22,700 nt of DNA from Paraspadella gotoi (taxonomy: Eukaryota > Animalia > Chaetognatha), in contig CM119269.1 of assembly GCA_051294375.1 (NCBI GenBank), forward strand, positions 18,932,003 to 18,954,702, given 5' to 3'. The position numbers and the translations under genes were made by a program. Position 1 is the stretch's first letter. The number at the start of each line of letters is the position of its first letter. The notes beneath the pieces are model-generated. The model had not been told where the DNA came from, did not search any database, and saw only the letters and a program-made list of their open reading frames with translations. Positions 9,684-22,330 of the stretch are shown here, in pieces.

Positions 9684-9808
9684 TCTCTTTTTCTGTCACA
9701 GGTGAGTGAAGCTGTTCACCCTTTCATCAGTTGCACCAGATATCCATTCTTTTGCTGTCAAAGGACGCCCACCGAGTAATAAGTGACTCACGCTCCTCTC
9801 TTCTCTCT

Positions 9809-9849
<41 letters not shown>

Positions 9850-11231
9850 AATCCCTCTCTCCCTCCGCGTAATAAGCGACCTGCTTTCATGAATATGGAT
9901 TCAACCCTCAGTTTTCCTCGCTGTTGAAGAGGATGAGGAGGAGGAGGAGGAGGAGGAAGAGGAGGAGGAGAAGATCGAAAGAGGGCGAGGAGAAGGCGAA
10001 GAGGAAAGGAAAGGCCCGGCGACGGGGGAAGGCTTTCGCTGAATACTCATGGGTGAGTTACGACCGATGGAAGCGACGTGTGGGTTGCGGGTGAGGTGAG
10101 AGCGGATCCTCGTCGTCGTCATCATCGCTCTCGTTTGTTTTTTTTTAATCTTCGTCATCGTCGACGTCGATGTTGCGGTTTTATTGATTATCGTTGTCGT
10201 CGTTATTGCTGATAATACTACTAGTATCAAATCAAGACGAATATTTCTCAGAACCCCAGTCTTCCACTTACCCCCTGTATTAATTGATTAATTTTATTTT
10301 AAACTTAACAACCTTTTTCTTTCTATGAATGCTTGGAAATAAACCTAGCGGAAGCTTTCGTCGTGGTTTCCTAATCGAGGGAATAAAACTTTTTTTTCTT
10401 CCCGATCGGCTGTCATAAAAACCCTTTGTGGAATTTACCGAGAAACTCTACGTTTAATCGCCTAAAGATTATCCTCGCACTAAATGAAAACGTCTAATTG
10501 CAGAGGCTTGAAATAAAATATGAAACAACGTTGTGACCGACTGACCGACCGAGTTACCGGCCACCGGAAGATCCACCGACCGAACGACTGACCGACTTGC
10601 CCGTGAGGATTGCGAGTCTCCGTCCGTCGAGATGAGTCAACTCATTAAGAGACTTTGCTGGGCATCGATGGTGATGTCGTTGTCGTTGTCGTCGTCGTTG
10701 TCGTTGTCATGGTCGTCTTTTCCCAAGTCAACCTCCTCAGCGTCGCCAGCCTTTGGTTTAAAATTTAAATTATCAATATTATCGCCGGCAATTGTCATAA
10801 TGATAATAATAATCATCATAATAAATGAATATTAATTGATTAATAGCTCATTTCTAGGTACAAGAACTGGCACCGTGAGCAAGCTTCGTCGTTGTCATTA
10901 TTCTGGTCTTCGTTGTCATTCTTGGTTTCGTTGTCGTCGTTGTCGTCGTTGTCGTTATTGGACTAAGACGACTGGAGGAGGCGATGATGAGAAAAGGGAA
11001 AAAAAAAGGAGGAATATTAGGATGAGGAAGAGGAGGAAGAAGAGGAAGAGGAAGCGTAAGAGGAGGAGGAGGAGGAAGAGGAGGAGGAGGATTGTGCGGA
11101 ATGAAACTTTTTTTTTCATTTTAATCAAATCATTTTCCTTTCTTTTTTTCTATATTTTTTCCCATTTTTTTCTTGTCGAATCACTATTCTCTTATTTTCT
11201 CATCTCTCTCTCTCTCTTCTCTCTCTCTCTC

Positions 11232-11266
<35 letters not shown>

Positions 11267-11538
11267 TCTCTCTTTCCCTCTCTTCCGGCGGCCATGTTAT
11301 TTACATTGTCGACAAATCCCCCATAAAACAATTTTATACCGCGTCAATGTTTTTTTTTTTCATTTTTCCTAAATCCCTCTTCTCGGTCACCTCCCCCCCT
11401 TTGCTCCTCCTTCATTCCTCCCCTTTCCTCCCTCTTCCTCTCCCCTCTTCTCCCTTCCTCTCTCCATCCAATGTTTTTTCTCTGTTTATATTTTTTTGCA
11501 AAATCCTTCGTCCATCGATGGTGACCTCAATCGTTTCC

Positions 11539-11589
<51 letters not shown>

Positions 11590-12501
11590 CTCTCTCTCTC
11601 TCTCTCCTCTCCTATATCGGCCGGAGAGACACGCCCCCCCTCGGGGTCACATCGTCGCGTCGCCACGTCGTGCCCATTCTGGATCATGAGGAGATGCCCG
11701 TCGGACTCGCCTGGACGGCCTTCACAGGCAGAAAGCACTTCACGACTTGAAGTCACCCGCGGTGACGTCTCACGTCGCCAATTCACGCGTCAACAGTTTT
11801 TTCGTCTTTGTCTTTCTTAATTATTCCCACTGTTGTCGTCACCATCATCGTCGTCGCCGTCGTCGTCACCATCGTCTTCATAGTCGTCGTCATCGTCGTC
11901 TTTCCAGTCGTCTACCGCACGACCGTCCTTGTCTTCGTGACGCCAGCGCCTCTCACGGATTAACCTCTCGATTCCTGATTTTCACGGCGAAAACAAACTC
12001 TCTCTCCCCTCCCCTCCGACTTACTCCGCTGCGCCTCAGAGTTCCCTCCTTTTTCCCTTCACTGCAAACGTCACTTCCCGAAGAATAAACAAAGAGTAAA
12101 AACAGAAGAGGGAATTTACGGAATCCAAAGTCACCACAGCTGCATCGTCACCAATACGAATCCTTTTCTGACCCAAATGATGACCTCGAAGGCGACTCAC
12201 CCGCCAGACTCCTCTCTGCTCTCACCGATCCCTCTCTTCCTCTCTCACTCGTCCTCTGTTCTCCCTTCTCTTTCTCGCCTTTCGCGTTAAATCTGTTGGT
12301 TCGACGAAGATTTGATTTTGTAGGAAAAAAAAAGACTTGGATCTCAACGTGACCTCTCTCGTTCGTCGTCGTTGTTGTTTTTGTCGTCGTTGTCGTTGTA
12401 GTTGTGGACAGAGACGTTTGCATTTTTGAGTTAACGTGTGAGCACATAGTCGTCAACATTCCTTTCTTGCATTGGGCTTTTTTGTTTCCCGAATAGTCGT
12501 G

Positions 12502-12504
<3 letters not shown>

Positions 12505-12599
<95 letters not shown>

Positions 12600-12903
12600 C
12601 CTTCTCTCTCCCGCCTTTTTTTCGCCTCTCGATGTTTGAAAAGTAATTTGCGAAAAAAAATTCGACTTCGAATCTGAAATTTAAATCGGATTTTTTTTTC
12701 TTCGGTTGGGAAAATTTTTTGGGAATTGGAACTACTTTGTCTGGGGGGAACAGCGGCCGCGGCGGACCTGGAGGCGACAGAGGCGGCGGCGGCGGTTGGC
12801 GGAGGAGGAGGAGGAGGAGGAGGAGGAGAGGAAGAGCCTGTGGCGGCGACGGAAAGAGGTTTATCTTCTCTCACTTTACCCTTGTTCGTCTCTCTCGGTC
12901 GAT

Positions 12904-12988
<85 letters not shown>

Positions 12989-12991
12989 TCA

Positions 12992-13079
<88 letters not shown>
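12505..13079. repeat. Long (CT)n microsatellites (12505-12596, ~12908-13079) flanking a GC-rich (GGC)n/(GGA)n patch
   Basis: Direct inspection. Further (CT)n tracts at ~9604-9690, 9795-9848, 11203-11283 and 11550-11612. Confidence 0.95.
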
Positions 13080-13084
<5 letters not shown>

Positions 13085-13240
13085 CACTTTCTGTCTTCGA
13101 CCTTCCTCTTTCTCCTTCTCCCCAAATTTTTTTCTTTCTCCTCCTATTTTTAGTTAACTTTTCTTCTTTGCATAAATTTCTCTTGTTTTCCTTTTCCGTT
13201 GTCTTTCTTCCGCAAGGGGGGGTTTGAGGGGGGGGCGAAT

Positions 13241-13518
13241 GGGGGGAAGCCGCCGTATTTAATTCCGGTTTTTAATCTAAATTCTGTTGCGATTCATTTA
13301 AAACCGAAAAAAGTTTTTACATTTTTTTTTTCGTTAAACTGGTTTCGTTGAAGGTCGTTCGTCGAAACGTTTTGCGTCGTTCTATTCGTCGTCGTCGTCG
13401 TCGTCGTGATCGTCATCCACTTCTTTAACGTCGTCGTCGTCATTATTATCATCGCGGTTGTTTTGATGCGGTTTTGTTATTTCAAGGCTGAGAAAATCTG
13501 ATTTTGAAGCGAAATATA

Positions 13519-13549
<31 letters not shown>

Positions 13550-14270
13550 AAGTTTGTTACTCGTCGCTTGTCTTCTAGGCATCGTTTTGTTTGTGTTTTA
13601 CGTCTTCATCTTCATCCTCATCTTCATCTTCATCTTCAATCTTCATCTTCATCTTCTCTCTTCTCTTCTTCTTCTTCTTCTTCTTCTTCTTCTTCTTCTT
13701 CTTCTTCACCATATGGCGGATTTTGTGTTGGGACAGCGACGCTGCCTTTTTCCTCGCAATTCCGGTTGAGGCGAAGAAGACGAAAAGCGACAAAAAGTGT
13801 AAACAACTTCTTTCACGAAGACGACGTTGCTTAGAATTCCTGATTTTTTGAAAATTCACAGCATTAACAGTTTTCAAATACTAATACGTACTGATACCGA
13901 ATTACTCCGTTTTACATTCCAGCATTACATTTGGGACTCATCTTAAATTATCTTAACTGTTTAGTAGTTACTAATGTTATAAATTTTTATCACATTTTTA
14001 GCCTAGTCATCAACCAGATAGTCCGAAAAGACAGGCCAGCTAAAAAGAGTTCGAAAACTCAACATGATCAGCAATACGCCACCACCACCTTCTAAGAAAA
14101 TTTTTTTCTCTTTTCTTTAGACCTACTTTTTAACCAATCTATAGCAGACTTTAAAAATTTCAAAACTGCCCTCAAGAAAGAACGAGAAAATTGCTAAATA
14201 AATATTTCCTGAGTTAAGGCAGGGAAATAAATTAAAAATTGAAAGCTCACTCTCTCTCTCTCTCTCTCTT
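13241..14270 (+). repeat. ~1-kb direct duplication, copy 1
   Basis: Collinear with 16003-17038 from GGGGGAAGCCGCCG to GAAAGCTCACTCTCTC; differences are mostly 1-nt indels and microsatellite length. Confidence 0.95.
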
Positions 14271-14295
14271 CTTCTCTCTCATCTCTCTTCTCTCT

Positions 14296-14331
<36 letters not shown>

Positions 14332-14347
14332 TTCTCTCTTTATCTCT

Positions 14348-14402
<55 letters not shown>

Positions 14403-14406
14403 TTCT

Positions 14407-14449
<43 letters not shown>

Positions 14450-14505
14450 TTCCTCTCTCTCTCTCTCTCTCCTCTCTCTCTTTCTCTCTTTATCTCCTTC
14501 TCTCT

Positions 14506-14538
<33 letters not shown>

Positions 14539-14557
14539 TTCTCTCTTTATCTCTTTA

Positions 14558-14593
<36 letters not shown>

Positions 14594-15673
14594 GAGTCAT
14601 ATACTCGCTCTCCGTACGCAGCCGTAGAAACGGAGCGGCGGCGCGCGGCTTCCGGACCGACTCACTTCTCCTTCGGGCGGCTCTTCGCTCGGATCGGGGA
14701 GATTTTCTCTCTCTCGATGGTCAGTCGGGCTTCTTCCGGTCGATGTCCGAGCGGATCGGGCCAGATCTCTTCTCTCTCTATCCTCTTTCTCTTGCTCTCT
14801 CTCTATCCGTTACTTTCTTGCTCTCATTTCTCTTTATTTTTTTTCAAAATATATTGTCATCCCCACACTCTTTATTTGTCATCTAGGTATTTATTACAAT
14901 AAACTAAAATAAACTTTAAAAAAAATTTTCAACTTATGATAAATGTTTTTATTTATGTATTTTGTGTGTTTCGTTTTCGGTTTTATTTCAGCGTCAACAC
15001 TAGTAACTACATTTCAAAAAATTAAATCTCTCTCTTTTAACTCTAAGAAACGAGACATTTAACATTAAAAGTTTATCTCAATGTGTAATTTTTATATTAG
15101 TAAATTGAAATAATTTTTCGTCCCAAACAGTTGCTAAAGTATTTCAAAAAAGTACATTTATTAAGGCAAAAAAAATCTTATAAACATAAAAGGTTTATGA
15201 CTTCTTGTAGAGAACCAAAAAATTTGATCTAAATTAATTATTTCATCTTTCTTTCTTTTCTTTCTTCTTTCTTTCTTTCTTTTCTTTCTTCTTTCTTTCT
15301 TTTTTCTTTCCTTTTTTCTTTCCTTCTTTCCAAATATTTTCTTTCTTTCATAATTCTTGCTTAATTTTCAAAAAAGCCTTATCTCCTAAAAAAAAACTCC
15401 CAGATTCGCGCGAACCATGATCGATCCGCTCAGAGGCAGAGAGAGAAGAATCGCAGTGACAACGTAAGAGAGAGAGAAAAGAGTAAGTCAGCCGCTGGCG
15501 GCTCAGACCGGATCGACTTTGCAGTCGCGCGGATCCGGGAGATAGGGAGAAGGAGAGGAAGAGGAGTAAGATGAGCCGAGCGAAGTAAGTCGAAGGCAGG
15601 GAGCAGGCCCGCTCGGCCGCCGCCGGCTGCTCCGGACTCTGGCGCTGATACGAGGCTCCTGAGTATAGCCATG
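14594..15673. mobile_element. Candidate 1.08-kb non-autonomous element embedded in a (CT)n tract
   Basis: Bounded on both sides by (CT)n (14250-14593, 15674-15878). GC-rich ends and an AT-rich middle. Inverted motifs TATACTC (14600-14606)/GAGTATA (15661-15667) and GAGCGGATCG (14749-14758)/CGATCCGCTC (15422-15431). Confidence 0.45.
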
Positions 15674-15710
15674 CTCTCTCTTTCTCTCTTTCTCTCTCTT
15701 CTCTCTCTCT

Positions 15711-15753
<43 letters not shown>

Positions 15754-16002
15754 TCTCTTCTTTCTCTGTTATCTCTTTATCTCTCTCTCTCTCTCTCCCT
15801 CTCTCTCTTCTCTCTTTATCCTCTCTCTCTCGTCTCTCTCTCTTCTCTCTCTCTCTCTCTCTCTCTCTCCTCTCTCTGTCCGACATCCCCTGGCGCGATT
15901 TTCACGCTCGCGTTGAGCAAACGAAACCCCGTGTTGGCTCAGATAATTGAATAAAAAGAAGAAAGTAAAGAAAAGAANNNNNNNNNNNNNNNNNNNNNNN
16001 NN

Positions 16003-16284
16003 GGGGGAAGCCGCCGCATTTAATTCCGGTTTTTAATCTAAATTCTGTTTGCGATTCATTTAAAACCCGAAAAAGTTTTTAAACATTTTTTTTTTCGTTA
16101 AACTGGTTTCGTTGAAGGTCGTTCGTCGGAAACGTTTTGCGTCGTTCTATTCGTCGTCGTCGTCGTCGTCGTGATCGTCATCCACTTCTTTAACGTCGTC
16201 GTCGTCATTATTATCATCGCGGTTGTTTTGATGCGGTTTGTTATTTTCAAGGCTGAGAAAATCTGATTTGAAGCGAAAATTATA

Positions 16285-16315
<31 letters not shown>

Positions 16316-17038
16316 AAGTTTTGTTACTCGTCGCTTCGTCTTCATAGGCATCGTTGTTGTTGTGTTTTACGTCTTCATCTTCATCTTCATCTTCATCATC
16401 TTCTTCTTCTTCTTCTTCTTCTTCTTCTTCTTCTTCTTCTTCTTCTTCTTCTTCTTCTTCTTCTTCACCATATGGCGGATTTTGTGTTGGGACAAGCGAC
16501 GCTGCCTTTTTTCCTCGCAATTTCCGGTTGAGGACGAAGAAGACGAAAGCGACAAAAAGTGTAAACAACTTCTTTCACGAAGACGACGTTGCTTAGAATT
16601 CAGTGATTTTTTGAAAATTCACAGCATTAACAGTTTTTCAAATGCTAATACAGTACTGATACCGAATTACTCCGTTTTACATTCCAGCATTACATTTTGG
16701 GACTCATCTTAAATTATCTTTAACTGTTTAGTAGTTACTAATGTTATAAATTTTTATCACATTTTTAGCCTAGTCACTCAAACCAGATAGTCCGAAAAGA
16801 CAGGCCAGCTAAAAAGAGTTCGAAACTCAACATGATCAGCAATACTGCCACCACCACCTTCTAAGAAAATTTTTCTCTTGTCTTTAGACCTACTTTTTAA
16901 CAATCTATAGCAGACTTTAAAAATTTACAAAACTGCCTCAAGAAAGAACGAGAAAATTGGCTAAATAAATATTTCCTTGAGTTAAGGCAGGGAAATAAAT
17001 TAAAATTGAAAGCTCACTCTCTCTCTCTCTCTCTCTCT
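16003..17038 (+). repeat. ~1-kb direct duplication, copy 2 (continues after the gap at 17208-~17293, matching 15882-~15965)
   Basis: Same sequence as 13241-14270. The post-gap GACATCCCC...GGATTTTCACGCTCGCGTTGAGCAAACGAAACCCCGTGTTGGCTC also matches the tail of copy 1. Confidence 0.95.
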
Positions 17039-17584
17039 NNNNNNNNNNNNNNNNNNNNNNNNNNNNNNNNNNNNNNNNNNNNNNNNNNNNNNNNNNNNNN
17101 NNNNNNNNNNNNNNNNNNNNNNNNNNNNNNNNNNNNNNNNNNNNNNNNNNNNNNNNNNNNNNNNNNNNNNNNNNNNNNNNNNNNNNNNNNNNNNNNNNNN
17201 NNNNNNNGACATCCCCCTGGCGGATTTTCACGCTCGCGTTGAGCAAACGAAACCCCGTGTTGGCTCAAGATAATTGATAAAAAAGAAGAAAGAAAAAAAA
17301 AAAAAGAAAAAAAAAAATTCACGAGAACCAACTTGATTATGATGAGAAAATCTCGCGCGCGACGAAGACGAAGACGACGAAGACGAAGATGATGTAATAA
17401 AGGTTTTCCTCTTTGTATTTTTCATTTTGGCGACAGCCTTTTGTTTACTTTTTCGCCTTTGTTTTCTTTTTTGATGTGTTTTTTTTTTTTCCCGCTAGGG
17501 TCGCGACGCCATCGGCCTTTTCCTCGCTCGTGTCGCGTTTCCCTTGATCAAAGTCACTTTCAACATTCTCCCTTACTTCGTTGC

Positions 17585-17585
<1 letters not shown>

Positions 17586-17663
<78 letters not shown>

Positions 17664-17685
17664 TTTTTCTTTCTTTCTTTCTTTC
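17586..17685. repeat. Compound (GCTT)n(CTTT)n microsatellite
   Basis: Direct inspection. Confidence 0.95.
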
Positions 17686-17822
17686 TCTCCTTTCTTCTCG
17701 TTTCTCTCTTTTTTTTCTCCGTTTGATTTTCTTTTCTTTTGTTTCTCCTTATTTATTTCCATCTTTCAATCAAAAAGCCAAATCCGGACGACATAGTGCA
17801 CCAAAAAGTTCTTTACCCGATG

Positions 17823-17879
17823 CCAAATCTAAATCAGAAACCCAAATCTAAATCTAAATCAGAAACCCAAATCTAAATC
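17823..17879. repeat. Short tandem repeat of CCAAATCTAAATC(AGAAAC), three copies
   Basis: Direct inspection. Confidence 0.8.
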
Positions 17880-20800
17880 GGAACTCTGGAAAGTCCCAGG
17901 CTTCGCTTCTCTCGACGCCCTTCTTTTTTACGAGTCGCTGATCCTGGCTTTTCGTCTCGCTTNNNNNNNNNNNNNNNNNNNNNNNNNNNNNNNNNNNNNN
18001 NNNNNNNNNNNNNNNNNNNNNNNNNNNNNNNNNNNNNNNNNNNNNNNNNNNNNNNNNNNNNNNNNNNNNNNNNNNNNNNNNNNNNNNNNNNNNNNNNNNN
18101 NNNNNNNNNNNNNNNNNNNNNNNNNNNNNNNNNNNNNNNNNNNNNNNNNNNNNNNNNNNNNNNNNNNNNNNCTTTAATCACAAATCGTCACGAATCCGTC
18201 ATAATTTAGCGTGAAAAAAAGAGAAAAAAGAAAGTGTTTGATTTTAAAAACTTCTATATATTTGGATAAATAAAGATGTGAATACCATTTACATAACTCG
18301 GTCGCTCCATCGGCCTGGGCTTCTCTTAATTTTGAGTGAGAAGTTACTACCTCTTTTTTCTTTCTCTATCTCTCTCTTCCTCTCTCTCTCAATCAATCTT
18401 CTCTTGATCTCTCTTCTCTCTACGCTCCCCCCCCCCGCGGCTTTTTCCACTCTTTCTGACTCCAACTTCTCTTTATTCCAACTTCTCTCCGCCGTTCCCT
18501 TTCTCCCGCTTTGCTCAACCTCTCTTTCGTTATCCATTTTCGAGTCAACCTCTCATTGAAAAAGGTCAAACGCAATCGATCTCAAACTCGATCTATGAGC
18601 ATTTTTCAAGCCGCGAACCTCTCTCTCTCTCTCTCTNNNNNNNNNNNNNNNNNNNNNNNNNNNNNNNNNNNNNNNNNNNNNNNNNNNNNNNNNNNNNNNN
18701 NNNNNNNNNNNNNNNNNNNNNNNNNNNNNNNNNNNNNNNNNNNNNNNNNNNNNNNNNNNNNNNNNNNNNNNNNNNNNNNNNNNNNNNNNNNNNNNNNNNN
18801 NNNNNNNNNNNNNNNNNNNNNNNTGCCCTTAGCTTACCCCGCCTCCTTTAACGGATGTGATTTACACGTTCAGGGAAAAAAGCGAAGTTTGAGAGCCCGA
18901 GTGAGAGAGAGTTTAAGTAGGGTTTCGAAAAGAGGTAGAGGAGGGTGTCTGAGAGAATTGTAACAGTTTAGGAGACAGAAAAAAAATAATTAAGAAATTT
19001 AATAAATTGAATGAGATAATATATATTAAAACAGTTGTGCGTAGAGGGCGTTGGATGAACAAGAAAGCGAATGGGAAAGAGGAAGAAGAACAAGTTTGAG
19101 CAAGGTGAACGCCAAATTTTAGGGTCGTAAAAGAAAAAAACCTATTTTCTTCGAGATGCGCCCCCGAAAAAAGTGGCGGGAAGGAGGAAGAAAGGAAGAA
19201 GACTAGGAAAGAAAGAAATAACTAAGAATATGGAGAAGAGAAAACTGAATTGGAAGAGAAATTGTAAAGTTAAAATACGTAAGAATCACTTTTCGAATAA
19301 TACGAAACATTCTTTGAAATATTTTCCACTTCATTGATAGGGAAGCCAGGTACTCTGGGAGTGAATAAACAAGACTGTGAGAGAGTCTTGATTGAAAGCT
19401 TGCAGGGACCTGCTATGTCATTATCTTGTAAGAGTGATGGAGGCCTTAAATCACCAAAGCCTGTCCAAAGTCAGGGGCAAGATAGCTTATTTATTAAATG
19501 AATGGATAATTTTTATATTGGTTGTACCAATTTCATGAGATAGGTGAACAAAAAAAAGGAAATAACAAGATGGGACCGACTTACAGAAATGTAAAAAGAA
19601 GAGGCAGCAATATGGGAGGAGAAGGAGAAGGAGAAGGAGAAAGAGGAGCTGAAAGAGGAGAATGAGGAGGAGGAGAAAAAGGAGGAGGAGGTGGAGAGCG
19701 GCGAGCGCCTCCGAAAATGGCGAGTTTGTTTTTGCGAAACGAGTTTCGGAATAGCGACTTCGTAAAAGTCGAAAACTCCTCGTAAATCAGGATTGCGTCT
19801 NNNNNNNNNNNNNNNNNNNNNNNNNNNNNNNNNNNNNNNNNNNNNNNNNNNNNNNNNNNNNNNNNNNNNNNNNNNNNNNNNNNNNNNNNNNNNNNNNNNN
19901 NNNNNNNNNNNNNNNNNNNNNNNNNNNNNNNNNNNNNNNNNNCTCTCTCTCTCTCTCTCTCTCTCGCTCTCAATTCGAAGATAGAGAGTGAAAGCAAGGT
20001 TGTAGAAACTTATTGGGTTTTTTAACGAGTTTGGACGAACAATGAAAAGGGTGAAAACTCTCTAATTCGTGAAATTTGTTTTCGTTGTTGTAATTGTATA
20101 CCTAAGCGAAAAACAATGGCTGGGAAGGAAAGGTAAGATCGTTGACAATCAGGGAAGCAACGCTCGTTTAAACTTAGTAGTTAAAATGATATGTAGTTTA
20201 AATACGGTAATTTAAAAATGCTATACACTTTCAAACAAATTTATTTTCATGGGAAAAGATTCAAAGATTTAAGATTGAAATTTGGTTTTTAAAAAAAAAA
20301 GTCGTCAAGGAAAAAAAAGAAAGTCTCTTGAAGGAAAGCAAATTGAAGGGGAAATTTCTTCGCCTCTTTGTTGCCTTAATTTGATTGAGTTTCGAGCCCG
20401 AGAAGCGTCAATCTCTTTTCTTCTTTCTTTTTCTCTTTCTTTCTATCCTTCTTTGTTTCTATTCTATTCTTTCTTTTTTTTTTGTCTTGCTCTATAATCT
20501 CTATTTCTTTCTTTCTTTGAACTGTCGCCCCCCCCCCGAATGTCTATCTGCCTCTTGTCAGTCTATCTGTCCGTCCCTCCAATCATCGCTGCCCGCGGGT
20601 TTTATTTTATTTCATTTCTCTTTGGAAATCTCGAAGATTTTCAATTCCCGGAAAACATGACAAGCGTTCACGAAAAAAAAAGAAGAAAAAAAAAAACATC
20701 TCATTCGAAATTCATTTCATTTTCGTTTCAACTTGTTTTTATTCCTCCCCTTTCGGCAGAATTGTTGCGATTTTAAAAAAATAAGAAAGAAATGATTTAT

Positions 20801-20944
20801 ATAATAAATTTTAAAAAGTATTTTCTTCTCTTCCTCACTTTTTCCTTCGTTTTTTCTTTTCTATTTCATTTTTTTTCCGCCCGCGAAATTGCGTCCCGAC
20901 TATTTGCTCCAGCCCTTCCCTTCTGAGAAAGATGTTACGCCTCG

Positions 20945-20999
<55 letters not shown>

Positions 21000-21446
21000 A
21001 CCCGCTACCCAGTAACCATACTAGTCTTGCTCCTGTTTTTTTCATTTTTTTGGTTCCTCGATATATTGATACCGACCGACCGACCGAGCGAGAGTCCAAA
21101 TTTTTCCAGTTTTTAAAATCTTGGGTTCCAAAAATATTTTTCAATTGATCACGTTTTTTCTTTAGGCTGCCCATCAATATCTTTTCTGGATTCCTCTCTC
21201 TCATTCACCTTTTTATTCCTCTTAAATTTCTATCTCAAACTTTCCTCTTATTTTTTCCTTCACTTTTCCTTTTCTCCCTCTAACAATATTTTGTCTTTCT
21301 TTCATTTGCTTCTTAGTATTTCACCAATTTCACCATCTGGCTTTTCTTCACTTGGTTGTCTTGAATCTTTTAGTTAGTAATAGTAAAGCGTTTCTATGCC
21401 TTTTTTTCTGCACTATTCCCATTTTTTTAGCAACCCACACCACAGC

Positions 21447-21508
21447 CATACCTCTCATGCCTTTCATGCCTCCCATACCTCCCATGCCTTTCATGCCTCC
21501 CATGCCAG
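21447..21508. repeat. 9-bp tandem repeat (CAT(G/A)CCTYY)n
   Basis: About seven units; the minus strand reads GMGGMKGMGGMGGMKGMRGM. Confidence 0.8.
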
Positions 21509-22330
21509 CTCCTATTCGGTTACCGCGTAAAGAAAGATTACCATTTTGATAGAATGGGTTTCCCTCCTCCCGGCCTCTTTCAGGTTTTCGGCCATCGTCA
21601 CGGCTCTCTCTCTCTCTCNNNNNNNNNNNNNNNNNNNNNNNNNNNNNNNNNNNNNNNNNNNNNNNNNNNNNNNNNNNNNNNNNNNNNNNNNNNNNNNNNN
21701 NNNNNNNNNNNNNNNNNNNNNNNNNNNNNNNNNNNNNNNNNNNNNNNNNNNNNNNNNNNNNNNNNNNNNNNNNNNNNNNNNNNNNNNNNNNNNNNNNNNN
21801 NNNNNNNNNNNNNNNNNNNNNNNNNNNNNNNNNNNNNNNNNNNNNNNNNNNNNNNNNNNNNNNNNNNNNNNNNNNNNNNNNNNNNNNNNNNNNNNNNNNN
21901 NNNNNNNNNNNNNNNNNNNNNNNNNNNNNNNNNNNNNNNNNNNNNNNNNNNNNNNNNNNNNNNNNNNNNNNNNNNNNNNNNNNNNNNNNNNNNNNNNNNN
22001 NNNNNNNNNNNNNNNNNNNNNNNNNNNNCCTCACCTCTCCCTCCCTCCTTCATCTTTCAAGTCTGTGAGCGCCGCCGACGAAAAGGTGTGTTCCAAATAT
22101 TCTATTGGCTGATGGAAATTTTCGGCTGCTTTAGAGACGAAAGGGTAAGGGAGGGTAAGGGAGAAGGGAGAGACGAAGGGGTTGAGATATAAGTTGAGGT
22201 GGAGGAGAAGAGAATAAGCAGAATAAAAAGGTGAGTGGGAAGACAGGACGAAAAAATTAAAAGAAGAGTGGAGTGAAGAAATGCTGAGGGGCGAAGGTGA
22301 TCGGGAGGAATGAAAAAAACAAAAATTCTC

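Noticed and set aside
10536-10630. GACC-rich repeats suggesting a second HINE element
   Set aside because: No subterminal inverted repeat or terminal hairpin found nearby.
11412-12088. GC-rich patch with several open frames (e.g. RHVVPILDHEEMPVGLAWTAFTGRKHFTT*)
   Set aside because: No frame or strand can be preferred and no family is recognised; it could still be an exon but is unsupported.
12431-15916. SL/ER dipeptide ORFs
   Set aside because: Direct translations of (CT)n/(GA)n microsatellites.
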